Origin: Octopus sinensis
Taxonomy: Eukaryota
Assembly (NCBI RefSeq): GCF_006345805.1
Contig: NC_043015.1
Location: forward strand, 6,138,001-6,202,000
Direction: 5' to 3'
DNA length: 64,000 bases
A program made the translations under genes and the position numbers. Each line of letters begins with the position of its first letter. Position 1 is the first letter of the stretch. Shown one piece after another: positions 12,912-26,544 of the stretch. The notes beneath the pieces were generated by a model, which was given only the letters and a program-made list of their open reading frames with translations, had not been told where the DNA came from and did not search any database.

Positions 12912-14539
12912 TGTTGTTTTCTGCATCACCACCACCACCACCATCATCATCATTATCATCAACAACAACAACAACAACATAATCATCATCATAAATATAT
13001 TCCGCTTCTTGCTTGAGGTGTATTTAATATACCAGCTGTTAACTCTCTTCGATCTAAAGTTCCTTTCTTCATGTTGTTGTTGTTTTCGTGGGAAACCCTT
13101 ATTCTTCGTAGTAGTTTTGTTTCTAAATGTGCTTTATCTTCATTTTGTTTTTGTATAACTTCTCCAAGTACATTTAATTTATATTTTTTTGATCACTCTA
13201 CCTCGAGCAACAACAATTATTGGCACAATATACAGCATTTCCATTAACTAAAGCATTCTAATTTCTCTCTGCAGTCTTGTATTTCACGTCAAGTTTCTCC
13301 ATTTATGATGAGTGTAACACATTCTTATTTTCCTTATATCTTTGCAATTTTTCCCATTTTTTGCTGAATTGGTTGTGTAGTTGTAGCCATCGCCGTAGTC
13401 GTCACCACTACCATCGTCATCGTCGTTTTTGTCATCGTCATTTTAATTGGTTAATTAATTGGAAGACAATGTTTGATAGAGATTTCAGAACACCTTCGAG
13501 GATCGCATTTGCATTGTAAATAGGAATACTCACTCACTCACACAACTAAACCGCTAAAATTTTAAACTTAAAGTTAATGTATTTTGTGTAAAAGAACATT
13601 AATATCTTCTTAAAAAATCATAATTATTTCTTGAAGAAAATGGAGCATTAGCATAATATCTAATTTATTTCTAGCATTCCATCAAGTATGATATTTTGGG
13701 AGATTATTAGAAATGTGCATCTAAGTATAGACTGCGCTGAACTTGTCGTAGCACTAGTGTTCCGAGAACCAACAATCAAATACACAATGTTGTAGATGCG
13801 TTGACACTCTTCAAGTGTTGTTATTTTCAAAAACTATTTTAGACATGATATTAGATTTGAAGAATTATCATTTAGACGAATATCGAATATCACTGTGTTA
13901 TTAATATATTTGAATATAATTTTTGAATATCTGATTTTTGAATATCTGATTTTGCCATTAAAACTCTCATAATATAAAATGAATATGAGTTGATGTTTTA
14001 TTAACAATATATTATATTGTTAATTTAGTTGTAATCTATAATTTATATTAAAAAATAATGCTGTCATTCTCTAACAAATATTTGTCTAAGTTCATATTCT
14101 ATTTCATTAATAAATGGTCTTATCAATGGTCTTATCGAAACCATTGTTTGATAGAGTTATATTAGCTATATTTAAAGATATATATATATTATTCCTTGAT
14201 AAGAAACTCCAATCATAATATTTCTGAAAAAAAATTATCTTCAGTCTTGGTAAATACTTTCAAAATAGTAAATACATTAAATGTTGTGTACATTCGTAAC
14301 AGCATGCTGGCGCTTAGGTCTATGTGAGGTCTTGTATACATGAATTATTTTAGGACTAAAATGTTTTCGCTATTACGAATCCCTGTGCAATCTAAATATG
14401 TCAGCTATTTACATTCCAGGTAACTCAGTGCATATTATTTTTAAACTTTAGTTTGTCTTTTTTAAAGAATTATTGTTGTACTTTTAAAGAATCGTTGAAT
14501 ATAGAATATAAAGTGGATTTTCAGAAATCGCGACTCTAT

Positions 14540-14601
<62 letters not shown>

Positions 14602-14839
14602 GTCGGTCTGTCTGTCTGTCTTTCTGTATGTCTGTCTGTCTGTCTGTATGTATGTATGTAGGTATGTCTATGTGTTTGCCTGTCTGATTGCGTGCCTGTC
14701 CGTCTGCTTGCCTGTATGTCTGTCTCTATCTCTCTCTTTCTCTCTCTATCTACAATTTCTCTCTCAATCTACCTATTTATCTACCTATCTGTCTCTCAAT
14801 ATATCTATCTTTCTATCTATTTATCAATCAATTTCTCTC

Positions 14840-14876
<37 letters not shown>

Positions 14877-14940
14877 AGAGAGACAGAAGACAGAAAGACA
14901 AACAGACTGACAGAGAGACAGACAGAGACAGACAGACATA
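14540..14940. repeat. Compound (TCTA)n/(TCTG)n/(TA)n/(GACA)n microsatellite
   Basis: Directly visible; source of ORF 14453..15031. Confidence 0.9.
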
Positions 14941-15180
14941 TATAGATATGCACATACACACACACGTGCTCCAACTCACTTTCTCTCACGTATGCAAACA
15001 TACGCATCTAGCGAGAGATATTGATAGGTAGGTAGTTAATGATGTATACAAAGATATATTTGTTCATTTGTAAAAAAGATATATAACTACTATTTAAAGA
15101 CACAACAACCGTATATAAAATAATGAATTGCTCTTAGTGTTTATGCTTGTAATATACCTAACCTACACATATCTATATGC

Positions 15181-15184
<4 letters not shown>

Positions 15185-15242
<58 letters not shown>

Positions 15243-15618
15243 TAATAATAATAGTAATAATAATAATAATAAGGTACTGAAAAAAAAGGTAAAAAAGGGT
15301 TAAAAAAGGTTAAAAAAGGTAAAAGAAAAAGGTACTGAAACCTATTTGAAAATGATTCCAGGCTTACCATCTCTACAGGAAGTGCAAACAATCGTATTAA
15401 CTGGAACGGCTCATGAACTGAGAAGAGCATTATTGCTGCGAAAACAACATCCATCCATATTTATCAAGTTTTAAATAAATATTTTATCTGTGAATTGGCG
15501 TGTCTAATCTGGGAATGCATAGGAGCTTCTCTGCCCTAGGTGTACGGAAAACACTCGGCGAGAAACGGAGGAAAATTTGAAGAAGGAAAAAACATTATAC
15601 TACTACTAATAATAATGA

Positions 15619-15662
<44 letters not shown>

Positions 15663-15683
15663 TAATAATAATAATAATAATAA

Positions 15684-15738
<55 letters not shown>

Positions 15739-15770
15739 GATATATAATAATAGCTATAATAATAATAATG
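15185..15770. repeat. (AAT)n arrays (15185-15272 and 15607-15770) plus short AAAAAAGGT repeats
   Basis: Directly visible. Confidence 0.85.
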
Positions 15771-16584
15771 ACAAAAACAACAATAACATGATTAATCTAA
15801 GCATATATTGACTTAAGGCACTGCCCAGTATTTACGGTGTAGTCTTTACCTACGTAGATCAAATATTTGTCGACGAAGCTTATACTTTCATTGTCAGAAG
15901 TTCGATAAAATAGGTTGTGGCATTATACAGGGGTCGATCAATCATCTTGTGCACTCTTAATCAAAATAGTACTTATGTCTAGTCCAGATAAATCAATATA
16001 CTATTGACTATAGTATGATGAAACGGAATACGAATCCCAGTGGTATATGAAAACTCAACGCTGGGGATAGAGATACATCCGCAGCCAAAACAAAAAAAAA
16101 AACATTTGCACAACAACCAGACATTTCGATAGACAAGCAAAAACACCGATGTTCTTTTTTCTTTTTGCCAACACAGATATCGACCCAGATTCAATATTCA
16201 ATATTCTGATATTGCATTGCATATCTACTTTTCAAGATTAATTTAGAAAACAATATAAAAGGAAATGTAATATTCATTCAAACTATAAAACTGAATTGAT
16301 TGATTGGTAGCTTTGTGAAATCAACGTGTTCTATTTACAAATAGCTAGACAGAGTAATTATCTGCATTGGATCATTTCGACTTGCAACTGTTATTGTTAT
16401 ATTTCATTCCAATATCCTTAATCAGCCAAAGCAGTCATTGAATTGTTGGAATTTATAATGGAAATAATACTTTCTATCTTTGTTTTATCTTCAGATAAAA
16501 TATCATTATTCTCAGAGTAAATATGTTGACGGAGGCCTAGACTTTTCAGTGAAACATATCTAGCATGAAATCTCTTATGCTTCG

Positions 16585-17010
16585 TGGCCAAGGCTGGAAC
16601 AACTTTGATCATGTGACTGCTTGATCTAGATAGATGGAAGCTTAAACAACAACAATAACAATCATATATTTTACACGGAAGCTACAACTTTTGGAACATG
16701 CGTCTGTTCCATCAATGTTGACACGAATTGAGCTAAACAACATCGGCTGTGTTTCATCTGATAAGTGCGGGTGGAACATATTTGATTACAGGTTTGTTTG
16801 ATCAGAACTAACTTGGGGCTAAAGTAGAACAATAACAGTTGTCTAGAATCTGATAGGCAGGGATGAAACGTATTTGATCTTAAATCTTTTCGATCAGTGC
16901 TGACCTGGGTCTAATATGCAACAGACGAAATACCGTGTTAAATAGTAAAGCATATCAGTTGTAGATCCGAACGATCGCGACTGATTTGTGTATAAACAAC
17001 AATAACGCTT
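16585..17010 (+). repeat. Diverged tandem array, about 5 units of ~85-92 bp
   Basis: Recurrent GGAACA...TTTGAT...GATCAG..CTGACCTGGGGCTAAACAACAAC-like motif near 16624, 16710, 16800, 16892, 16974. Confidence 0.55.
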
Positions 17011-17267
17011 GTCTGAAAATAGAACAAAGGTACAATTGATTGAGATAACCTGGGATCATATCAACTCAAATATACGGCTCATCGAAGCCTCTGTCTTAGG
17101 AATCTACAAAACAATCGCACAACATTCACGCAAATATCTTAGTCTTGTTGCATATTAACGGCATAGTATGTATTAATATCGAATCTATAAATAATTTTCT
17201 ACTTTCCCTTCATAGTTTCACTTTAGTTTCATATTAATTATCATCTGTCCATTATGGCTTTTAAATA

Positions 17268-17487
17268 AAGGAGGGTGGCCTGAAAAGTTCCTAGTTTTGA
17301 GTAATAGAAATACAAGAGGTTAAGTTAATTATGTTTTTCTTCAATATAATCCCTTCTCAGACTCACACATTTACTGCAGCTGTTCTTCGGTTTTTGTAAG
17401 ATCTACAAAAGATCTCAGAGGTTTGGGACTCCAACCGGGCCTTTCACGACACCTTTAATGCTAGGAACTTTTCAGCATCCCCTCGTA
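17268..17487. mobile_element. Tc1/mariner-type MITE
   Basis: TIRs GAGGGTGGCCTGAAAAGTTCCTAG and CTAGGAACTTTTCAGCATCCCCTCG-TA; TA at right end, no coding capacity. Confidence 0.8.
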
Positions 17488-17798
17488 TGTCTTAAAACCA
17501 AAGCTGCAAATCGGTCACACAACATCCGTGCAAATAACTTAGTTTGGTTCCATATTAATGGTAAGGCATGTATCAACTTTGGTTTTATAAACGATTTTCC
17601 ATATTTCCTTAGTAGCCCTATATGCTTAGTTTTAACATTAATAATCCTCTGTCAATTATAGCTTTTAATATATTCAATGACTTCAAAATTACATGCTGTG
17701 GTAAAGAACATTCCCATTTCTTTCAATAATAAAATATAGGAGTGGTGCAGACGATATATTTCAGTGCGCACGTAAAGAAATTACGATGTCAATACCTA

Positions 17799-18076
17799 TT
17801 TCTTTAATGCCCACAAACAAGGACAGACAAACGGATTAAGTTTATATTTTCCTTACTACCCACAAGAGGCTAAACACAGAGGGGACAAACAAAGACAGAC
17901 AAAGGGATTAAGTCGATTACATTGACCCCAGTGCGTAACTGGTACTTAATTTATCGACTCCGAAAGGATGAAAGGCAAAGTCCACCTCGGCGGAATTTGA
18001 ACTCAGAACGTAACAGCAGACGAAATACCGCAAAGCATTTCGCCCGGTGTGCTAACGTTTCTGCCAGTTCGCCGCC
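17799..18076 (-). mobile_element. SINE family B, full length with duplicated 3' tail
   Basis: 17-bp TSD TACGATGTCAATACCTA at 17782 and 18077. Confidence 0.92.
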
Positions 18077-19292
18077 TACGATGTCAATACCTACAGTAGC
18101 GCAAACTGTAAACTGGCAGGAAAGAGAGGATTCTAGGTTAAACGCCACATTAATTGGCTTATCGTTACAAAGTCCAAATGTAATGGGGGTAATTTTATTA
18201 TTGAAGAACATGTTTCAGTACCGAAGTCAATTTATTCGGTAGGAAAAATGGTTTGTGGTTTATCTGTCTTAGATTTTAGGATTACTGATTTACTGAATAC
18301 ACGCACGCATGCACATACACACACATGCATACAAACACACACACATTCTAGTGATAGGTGAAACTATACTAGTCCAGTGATCTCTAGTCTTTCATGAGAC
18401 GGTTATCTCCCATGTTAGTGTATATTTATTGTGCGGTTCATACTCCATTACGAGTCTTTAATTTTGATTTCTTGCAATTAAGTATATCGGCACGCTCACT
18501 CACAAATAGTGACCATTAAAATTTCACTTTATGGTTTTATATTGCACCTAGCTGTATCATTTCCCTAAATCAGCCATAAATTTATATGATTTAATATATA
18601 CACTGACAGTCTGATTTAGCCAAACGATGGAGGTTGACAAGGCCTATCAGTGATATATAGAGTCGATCATGAGACGGCTGTGTATCCTGTCCATTTATGT
18701 ATATTGTGAGCTTCATACAGTATTGAGTTCATAACTCTTATTTCTTACAGTATAAGTACTTTGGCACCCTCAGACACAATTACAGCGGATTAATGTTTTC
18801 CTGTATAATTTTATATTGCGTCGAATATGGGTTTTGTAAATATTTTTATATATAGAGATTTATAACTTCGTAATCAAAATAATATCAATTCACCTCCACG
18901 AAAATAGGCTAATTACATCCCCTACTTCTAATAATAACACTTACTAATTACCTCCCCTTAGATTTATTTAGCTTCTGATTCAGTTATGAAACAACGTTCC
19001 TTATGCTACCATGTGGACTAAAAAAAATTATAATGCGATGAAATTGTAGTATTTTCACTAATTTTTTAGTCATGATTAGTAAAACTGAAACGAGTTGATT
19101 CGTAAATATTATAACTTATAAAGAAGTATACACATATTGTGCACTTTCTTTCTCTTATCTTTCACTGCAACTCACCTTGAGGGGGAAAATCTTTACAGCA
19201 TATCTTTTCATTTTATATATACATATATATATAATAACATAAATAATATATAAACTTATGCATATATACATACATATATGTACATGCCTACA

Positions 19293-19360
<68 letters not shown>

Positions 19361-19364
19361 TATA

Positions 19365-19540
19365 TAGGTACAGGACACCAAACAAAAACTTTGAACACAA
19401 TGAGAAAGGTAAACATAAAAAGAAAACCATGGAAACGAACTTGTTTTCAAACAACGAGAAAACAGAGTACAAGCCATAAAACACAAAGACTATTCCCCTT
19501 CTTCAGTCGTCCCTGTTTCGTCTCTTCCGTGTTTCGAATA
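19365..19540 (-). mobile_element. Possible Penelope-like terminal-repeat fragment embedded in (TA)n
   Basis: Reverse strand TTCGAAACACGG...GACTGAAGAAGGGG followed by a T-rich tract; microsatellites on both sides. Confidence 0.4.
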
Positions 19541-19613
19541 TATGCACACACACGCACAGACACATATATATGTATGCATACACACACACACACACACACA
19601 TATATGTATGCAT

Positions 19614-19710
<97 letters not shown>

Positions 19711-20633
19711 ATATATATAGGCTTTTGTGTTGATAAAGTTCAGTGACTGTTGATTCTAGGAGGCATTTAAACGTGGATAAAATTATAACACAAGAGACAC
19801 AAGAGCTTCCAAAGTCGATAACCTATTGTACGATTCCAATATCTGTTTGCTATTATATAGGTTTGTGTGTCAATTACTGGAACTGTTATTTGTATGTATG
19901 CTCTTAAATATATATCGCCATAGAAACAAAGACTTGAGTTTCACTTCGATGAAAGACAATCAAGTTTCAACTGAAGCAAAAACAATTTTTGTTTTCATTG
20001 GTATTCTTTTGTTTATAGAGAGGAGGACACCATTGAGTTATATTGAAAACTGGGAATGTGAATATGTGAATACATAGATTTTCAGAAAGTCTTAATGATA
20101 TCACATAAATGAAAACTTGTTTCGTGAGGCTCCTTGTGAAGGAATCTCTCCGCTACCGCATGACATGTATTATATATTGCAGCTATGTTATTATATCAAT
20201 TTACTCGTTCTGAAAAAGATATATAACAACACTTATAGACTATTATCCTAATAATAATGTTAAGGCAAAAATGAAAAAATAAAATGGAAACGTCGTATAT
20301 ATTTTCGAACAATATCATAATAGTACATTTTACAGTCTTTGATTTAAAACTAAATACATTACGAATCTATGTGAATCTTAACGAAATATATTGATTTCAT
20401 TTTGACACATCCCACTTCTTCATTATTTTTACAGTTATGTTTTCAAATCGTTTACCGGAAGCCATAAAGATCAACCCTACTCCATTAGGAGTTTTGTTAT
20501 AGAGAAAACACTTCAGAAATTGATAATATATTGCTATAATGTTGTTGCACATACATTCCCCGAGGGATTTCATTCACCAAAATAGTAATTGTTAAAGAAA
20601 GATTTAGAGCCATTCACCATATATAAATACACA

Positions 20634-20683
<50 letters not shown>

Positions 20684-20955
20684 ACACACACACACACACA
20701 CACATAATCCTATTTATTACTATCATGTAGCTGGTACGGGAGTTAAGTGATTGTCTAATTAGAAATATATATATATACATATACACTCATACATACTTAT
20801 GTGTGTGTGCACGCGTGTGTATGTGTGCGTGGGTGTGGGTATGTTTGCGCGTCTAAATATATGAGTGTGTATGTATTTCCCTATCTATATCTATCAGTGT
20901 CTGTCTATCTATCCATCTATATATGTATAAATATAAATATATAAATATATATATA

Positions 20956-21053
<98 letters not shown>

Positions 21054-21624
21054 CAGAGATAGGTTAGAGAGATGGGACTGTAGAATGTTGCATTGCTTAC
21101 AGCAACTAGATTTAGTTTCACTATCTTGAAAGTTATATACTACAACATTGCGACTTATATTACTTGTGACTGAAACGACTGCAATTTTCAAAAGCCAACA
21201 GAAGTCATTGAAATTAATTCTTACTTACCTTAGGAGTTTTGCTGGTAGTTGCCTTATTCAGTGAGCTACCGATTAGATATAGCTGACGAAATACCGGAGT
21301 TTATGAAATTTCAGAATTCCGTCACCACTCCGGAATAACAGAAGCAGTGCAACCTAGATTCCTGCACAATGATTTTCTCCTTTTAGTTCTAAGTTGCTTT
21401 ATAAATGGCAAAAGCAATACGTTCTTTTGGAGAATCACTGACATATCGAATAATGTGATGATTGATATGCATAATGTGACAGAAGTACGGCGTCATTACA
21501 TTTGGAATAATATTCGTTATTCGGTGCTCAAGAAGGATTTATCTCAGAAAAAGCAAACTTAAGTTGTAAGACTTATCATATGCACCATTCAGCACTTGTG
21601 GCCAATAGAAAAGGCATTATTCGT

Positions 21625-22041
21625 TTCTGATCTACGCATAAGGTTCGAAACTTTTGGGGAGGGGGCCAGTCGATTAGATCGACTCCAGAACGAAACTGGT
21701 ACTTATTTCATCGACACCCAAAGAATGAGAGGCATAGTTGACATCGGTGGAATTTGAACTCAGAACATAAAGACAGACGAAATACCGCTAAGCGTGCTAA
21801 TGTTCCGTTTTTCATTATTGCCCACAAGGCGCTAAACATAGAGGGTTCAAACAAAGGTAAACAAACGGATTAAGTCGATTACATCGACCCGAGAACACAA
21901 CAGGTACTTAATTTATCGACCCCCATTGGATGAAAGGCAAACTCGACCTTTGCGGAATTTGAACTCAGAACGTAACGGCAGACGAAATACCGCTAAACAT
22001 TTTCGCCCGGCGTGCTAACGTTTCTGCCAGATCGCCGCCTT
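21625..22041 (-). mobile_element. Two head-to-tail SINE family B copies
   Basis: Two cores GGAATTTGAACTCAGAAC...GACGAAATACCGCT at ~21750 and ~21955. Confidence 0.85.
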
Positions 22042-22061
22042 ATAAACGGTATTATTATAAG

Positions 22062-22240
22062 CATATAGCGGTATTTCTTTCGAATCTTTACGTTCTATGT
22101 TCACATTCCGCCAAGATCGTCTTTGTCTTCCATCCATTCAGTGACGATAAAATATGTAGGAACTGAGTACTGATACCGATGTACACAACTGCCCCACCCC
22201 TCCAAATATTTTTGTCCTTGTAATGAAATTAGAAACAATT
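22062..22240 (+). mobile_element. Diverged SINE family B copy, inverted relative to its neighbour
   Basis: TAGCGGTATTTC...GTTCACATTCCGCCAAGATCGTCTTTGTCTTCCATCC. Confidence 0.65.
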
Positions 22241-22741
22241 GTTGTAAATATAATTTATTAGGAGACCACAACTAGGGCTTGCAATGTTACTTCAATTACT
22301 GAACACATATCTATAGCAAATGGGAATCGAAAATGGATGCTGAGATACGCAAAATGTGAAATGAAGTTTGAAAGATTTCATTTCAACGTTAAGCAACGGT
22401 TATTTTTCCAGGGGCAACTTAGTACATGTTATTGTCTCCTGTGCACGAGAAAAATGAGGAAACAAGAGACGGCTGCCAATATTCATCGAGAAGAAGCAGC
22501 CACGCAAACACGGAGCAGCTAATGTACATATCTATACTATTCAATCAGTTGCTAAAAAAATAAAGTTTCTAGAACACATTAACACAAATTCTGTCTTGCT
22601 GTTATGGTTTCGCTATGAAAGAAAATTGTGTACATATATACACAGACACAAATACAGACACACACTCATATGTATATACATATATATATATATATATATA
22701 TGTATTCTCCTACATACACACACACACACTCCCACACACAG

Positions 22742-22776
<35 letters not shown>

Positions 22777-22944
22777 GGTATCTTTGAAATATGTACATAT
22801 GCTTAAATTCCCCCACATGCCGTATTAATTTTCTCTCATCCATGAACTGGTCTTTGTGTAACTGATCTTCCCAAAATAGATTGCACCTAATAGCATAACG
22901 CTCATTGTTTATTGCTAAACCTGCATACTAGTAACATGTAAATG

Positions 22945-22978
22945 CATATACATACATATATATATATATATATATGTG

Positions 22979-23017
<39 letters not shown>

Positions 23018-23061
23018 TGTATGTATATATATATATATATACATATATATGTATGTATATA

Positions 23062-23111
<50 letters not shown>

Positions 23112-23149
23112 ATATATATATAGATATATATGTATGTACGTATATATAA

Positions 23150-23207
<58 letters not shown>

Positions 23208-23220
23208 AGAGAGAGAAAGA
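22945..23220. repeat. Long interrupted (TA)n microsatellite
   Basis: Directly visible. Confidence 0.95.
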
Positions 23221-23441
23221 TAGTGTGAGACAGAGATAGAAACACACACGCATATCACATATTTATATATAATATGCATTTTTATTAACTCAACGATTTC
23301 ATACAACGGGTGTGTATATAGGGCATTCTTCTATGTGATTATAGTTCAGTTTTCAAATAGGTGTAATTAAAAAAAAGTTCTGATGCTCTCCCCCTTCTTT
23401 ATGCGCTTGAGCACAATCTACAATTAATATTCATAGAGACA

Positions 23442-23499
<58 letters not shown>

Positions 23500-26447
23500 G
23501 CAAATAATGAACATGAACACCGTACTTTGGTCACCACCTGCTGCCATACTCTTTTTAGCACCAGCTGGCATCCTATAACCTCCAAAACACGGACCATACT
23601 TTCAAACTCCCCACTGTAAACAACGTGTTTTTATATGTAAACAATATAAGAACCACTGCCTAAATTCACCCTTCCTAAAATAAATCCTTCTAAGAACGAC
23701 TATATCCCCTTATCCACCACTGGACGTAATAACATGAATCTAGGAAGGCAACACTGGAAGTATATGACTTATTTCCCTTTCCTATACCTAATCTATTTCA
23801 CTAAGATTTGCTACTATTCTTGTTATCGAATTATCTCTAGGGTAAGAAAATTATTTAAATCCACATACGATGAGGTTAACTCTGATTTTCGTCATTCTAT
23901 GCCGGTCAATGACTGGGGTTAATGGCATTGACTATCTACATTTCTTCAAACATTCCCGGCCTATGTCTAAATAAAAATGAATTCTTTAACTGTATTTCTA
24001 GAAATTCATTAAATATATATCTTTTTTCTGGATGTTTCACATATTGAAGTCCTATGAATATCTTTAACTGAGTGTTTTATGTTCTATTTGAATACTACAT
24101 TTCCAATATTTTTCAACATATTTAAAAGCGCTGGTTAGGCAAACACAGAAGGAATAATTTCCTATAAGACTATATGTAAAATTATCACCAAATGAAATTC
24201 CATTACGTTTCCATCATGGCTGTCACCTAGAACTAATATTATGATGAATTACGTCTAAAATGGAGCCAATATTGGCATCACGAGGCAGTAAGTGAACCAT
24301 GAGTCAGGGCTAAATAGTTAAACTGGCTACTTGTCATGTTAGAAATAGCAGCCAAGTTCACTGAAATAATAACCGACAGCCTTAAACGAAAAGAAAGAAC
24401 ATAGAATAGGTAGTATCACATATGCAAACAGTTTGCTTCGTTGTAGGCCAAAATAATATGATTAAAGAGTTTTCGTTTTTAACCAGAACCTATGCGGTCC
24501 TAGATAAGTACAATTTCAAGCACTTTTCAGAAACATAAAGCTGTTGTTATTGTAAAAATCTCTGAACTTTAGTAGTAATTTTTCTAACAGCTGGAACATC
24601 TCTTCCATAAAAGGCACTAAATATAAATCTCACTTTCAGCAAGATGTTTCAGTGTTTTCCAGTTATTATAGCGACTAATTTAACATTATCAGTGATCTCA
24701 GCAAGATATTGGCTTTGTTTACTGAGAATTGTCCATCTCCTGCTGATTCGAAGCTACTTTAGGAATATAATAGCCATAATAACAGACAAAATGTTAAAAT
24801 TCTTCGTTACCTTTTCGATTACTTGTATTGAGAAAAGGAGATCACGTTAGTAAATATAAGAATGGAAACAAATCTGTAAACATTAGAAAATAGGTCAGCA
24901 AGAAGATACTTAGCTGCATCTAGGTATATGTGTGACAACAGAAAACATAAATTACTATAAAAGTGTAACTGTGGAAATCAGGACAGAGAAACGTAGCAAC
25001 TGAAATTATATTTGCCCACAAGCTGTGTTTAATTTGTTTTGACAGAAGCTCAATTCTAGAATTGCTAATGGAATGTAGTCGGCATTCAAAAAAAGAATAA
25101 TGAACTGGATTAGAAGTTACGACCAAACATCAAGATGAATGAAGGAAATGTAATTAATTCAAAGACACCTGGGCTTTCTATGAAGCATAAAAGCGATTAC
25201 GATTCAGCTTCTTCATCTAGGATTATCAATGTCATTTTCAATCATGATATTAAGTCAATGGCATTTGGAAGATATGCACAATGTGGTGTAATAATAAGAA
25301 CCGAATCTCTGCCTTTGACAACTCTGTGGACGATTTTTGGTTATCCATATAATGCATTTGCAAAATTTCTTAAGCAGCCTTCATTATCATTAAAATAAAA
25401 CACAATATTTTGACAATTTGACAATTGTATCGCATTTAACAGAAGCCCTTTTATGAAATACTGAATACTTAGGATTATCCTTGATTTGATGAATTCCTTC
25501 ATTACAAATAGTTCTTGATTTTTAATTATGTTGTTCTTCATAATATGTTTAAAACGTTGACAAAGTAATACTGAATCGGAGAAGTTGAGCAGAATAAACA
25601 AAATCTCCAAACTAACAAAATGTAGATACGTTTATATATGTATATAAATATTGATTTTGTTCATCTTATAGGTAGGATGGAAGGTAGTGCCAATGGTATT
25701 TTATAGTGCAACCGACAGTGGTAGAAGGGAGGGGGAAAACATACTCAAACCGGAGAGTTCTTTGTCCGTACGCTGGTGTCAAATTCGATTCCACTAAAAG
25801 AAGCCAATGTGGCAGCTAGCCGACAGTTTAAGCCTGTCATTGAAATCTTATATAATTTGCAATGTTGTTAATATCTAATAACTTTAATCTATGCTTTAAA
25901 AATATTTATAGAATTTATTAACATTATCCTCTTTTATAAATATATGTCAAAATATTTTCAGTATTAAATTTTAATGAATTATTATATCTGTAATATTATA
26001 CAACTTACGTTATGTTTTAATGTATTGTATTTGCATAACTTTAACTGTGAATTGACATTTTCTTGTAATACAATATTATCATTGCAAGGAATTTAAATTA
26101 CATTCGCTTCACCTTTCGTTGATCTAACTAACATTAATTGATTGAACCAAAATAAAAGGTGTATTTTTATAATTCTTTCTAAAAATGTGTTGATTTAAAT
26201 ATAACATGATATGATGATATATGTATCTGGTGAAAATGCTTCAATTTAGACGACTCGTAAACCGTTTCTCTAACAATAATTAAACGACAATAATTAATGA
26301 TATTAATCACAGCATTTATTGAGCAAACAAAATTAATGATGTCTAAAACATACGCATGAATTTATTAGAAACCATTAAAGAGCGATTAAATTCACGCTAC
26401 TTCTTAAGAAGCACACACACACACGCACAAACACATACACATACATA

Positions 26448-26544
<97 letters not shown>

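Noticed and set aside
14453-15031. Longest ORF (192 aa, LSIY repeats)
   Set aside because: (TCTA)n/(TCTG)n microsatellite
16955-16975. GTAGATCCGAAC resembling part of miR-100/miR-10
   Set aside because: Seed and 3' end do not match and there is no precursor hairpin
17922-18242. Recurrent peptide RNWYLIYR...RRNLNSE in several ORFs, resembling a gene family
   Set aside because: Antisense translation of SINE family B
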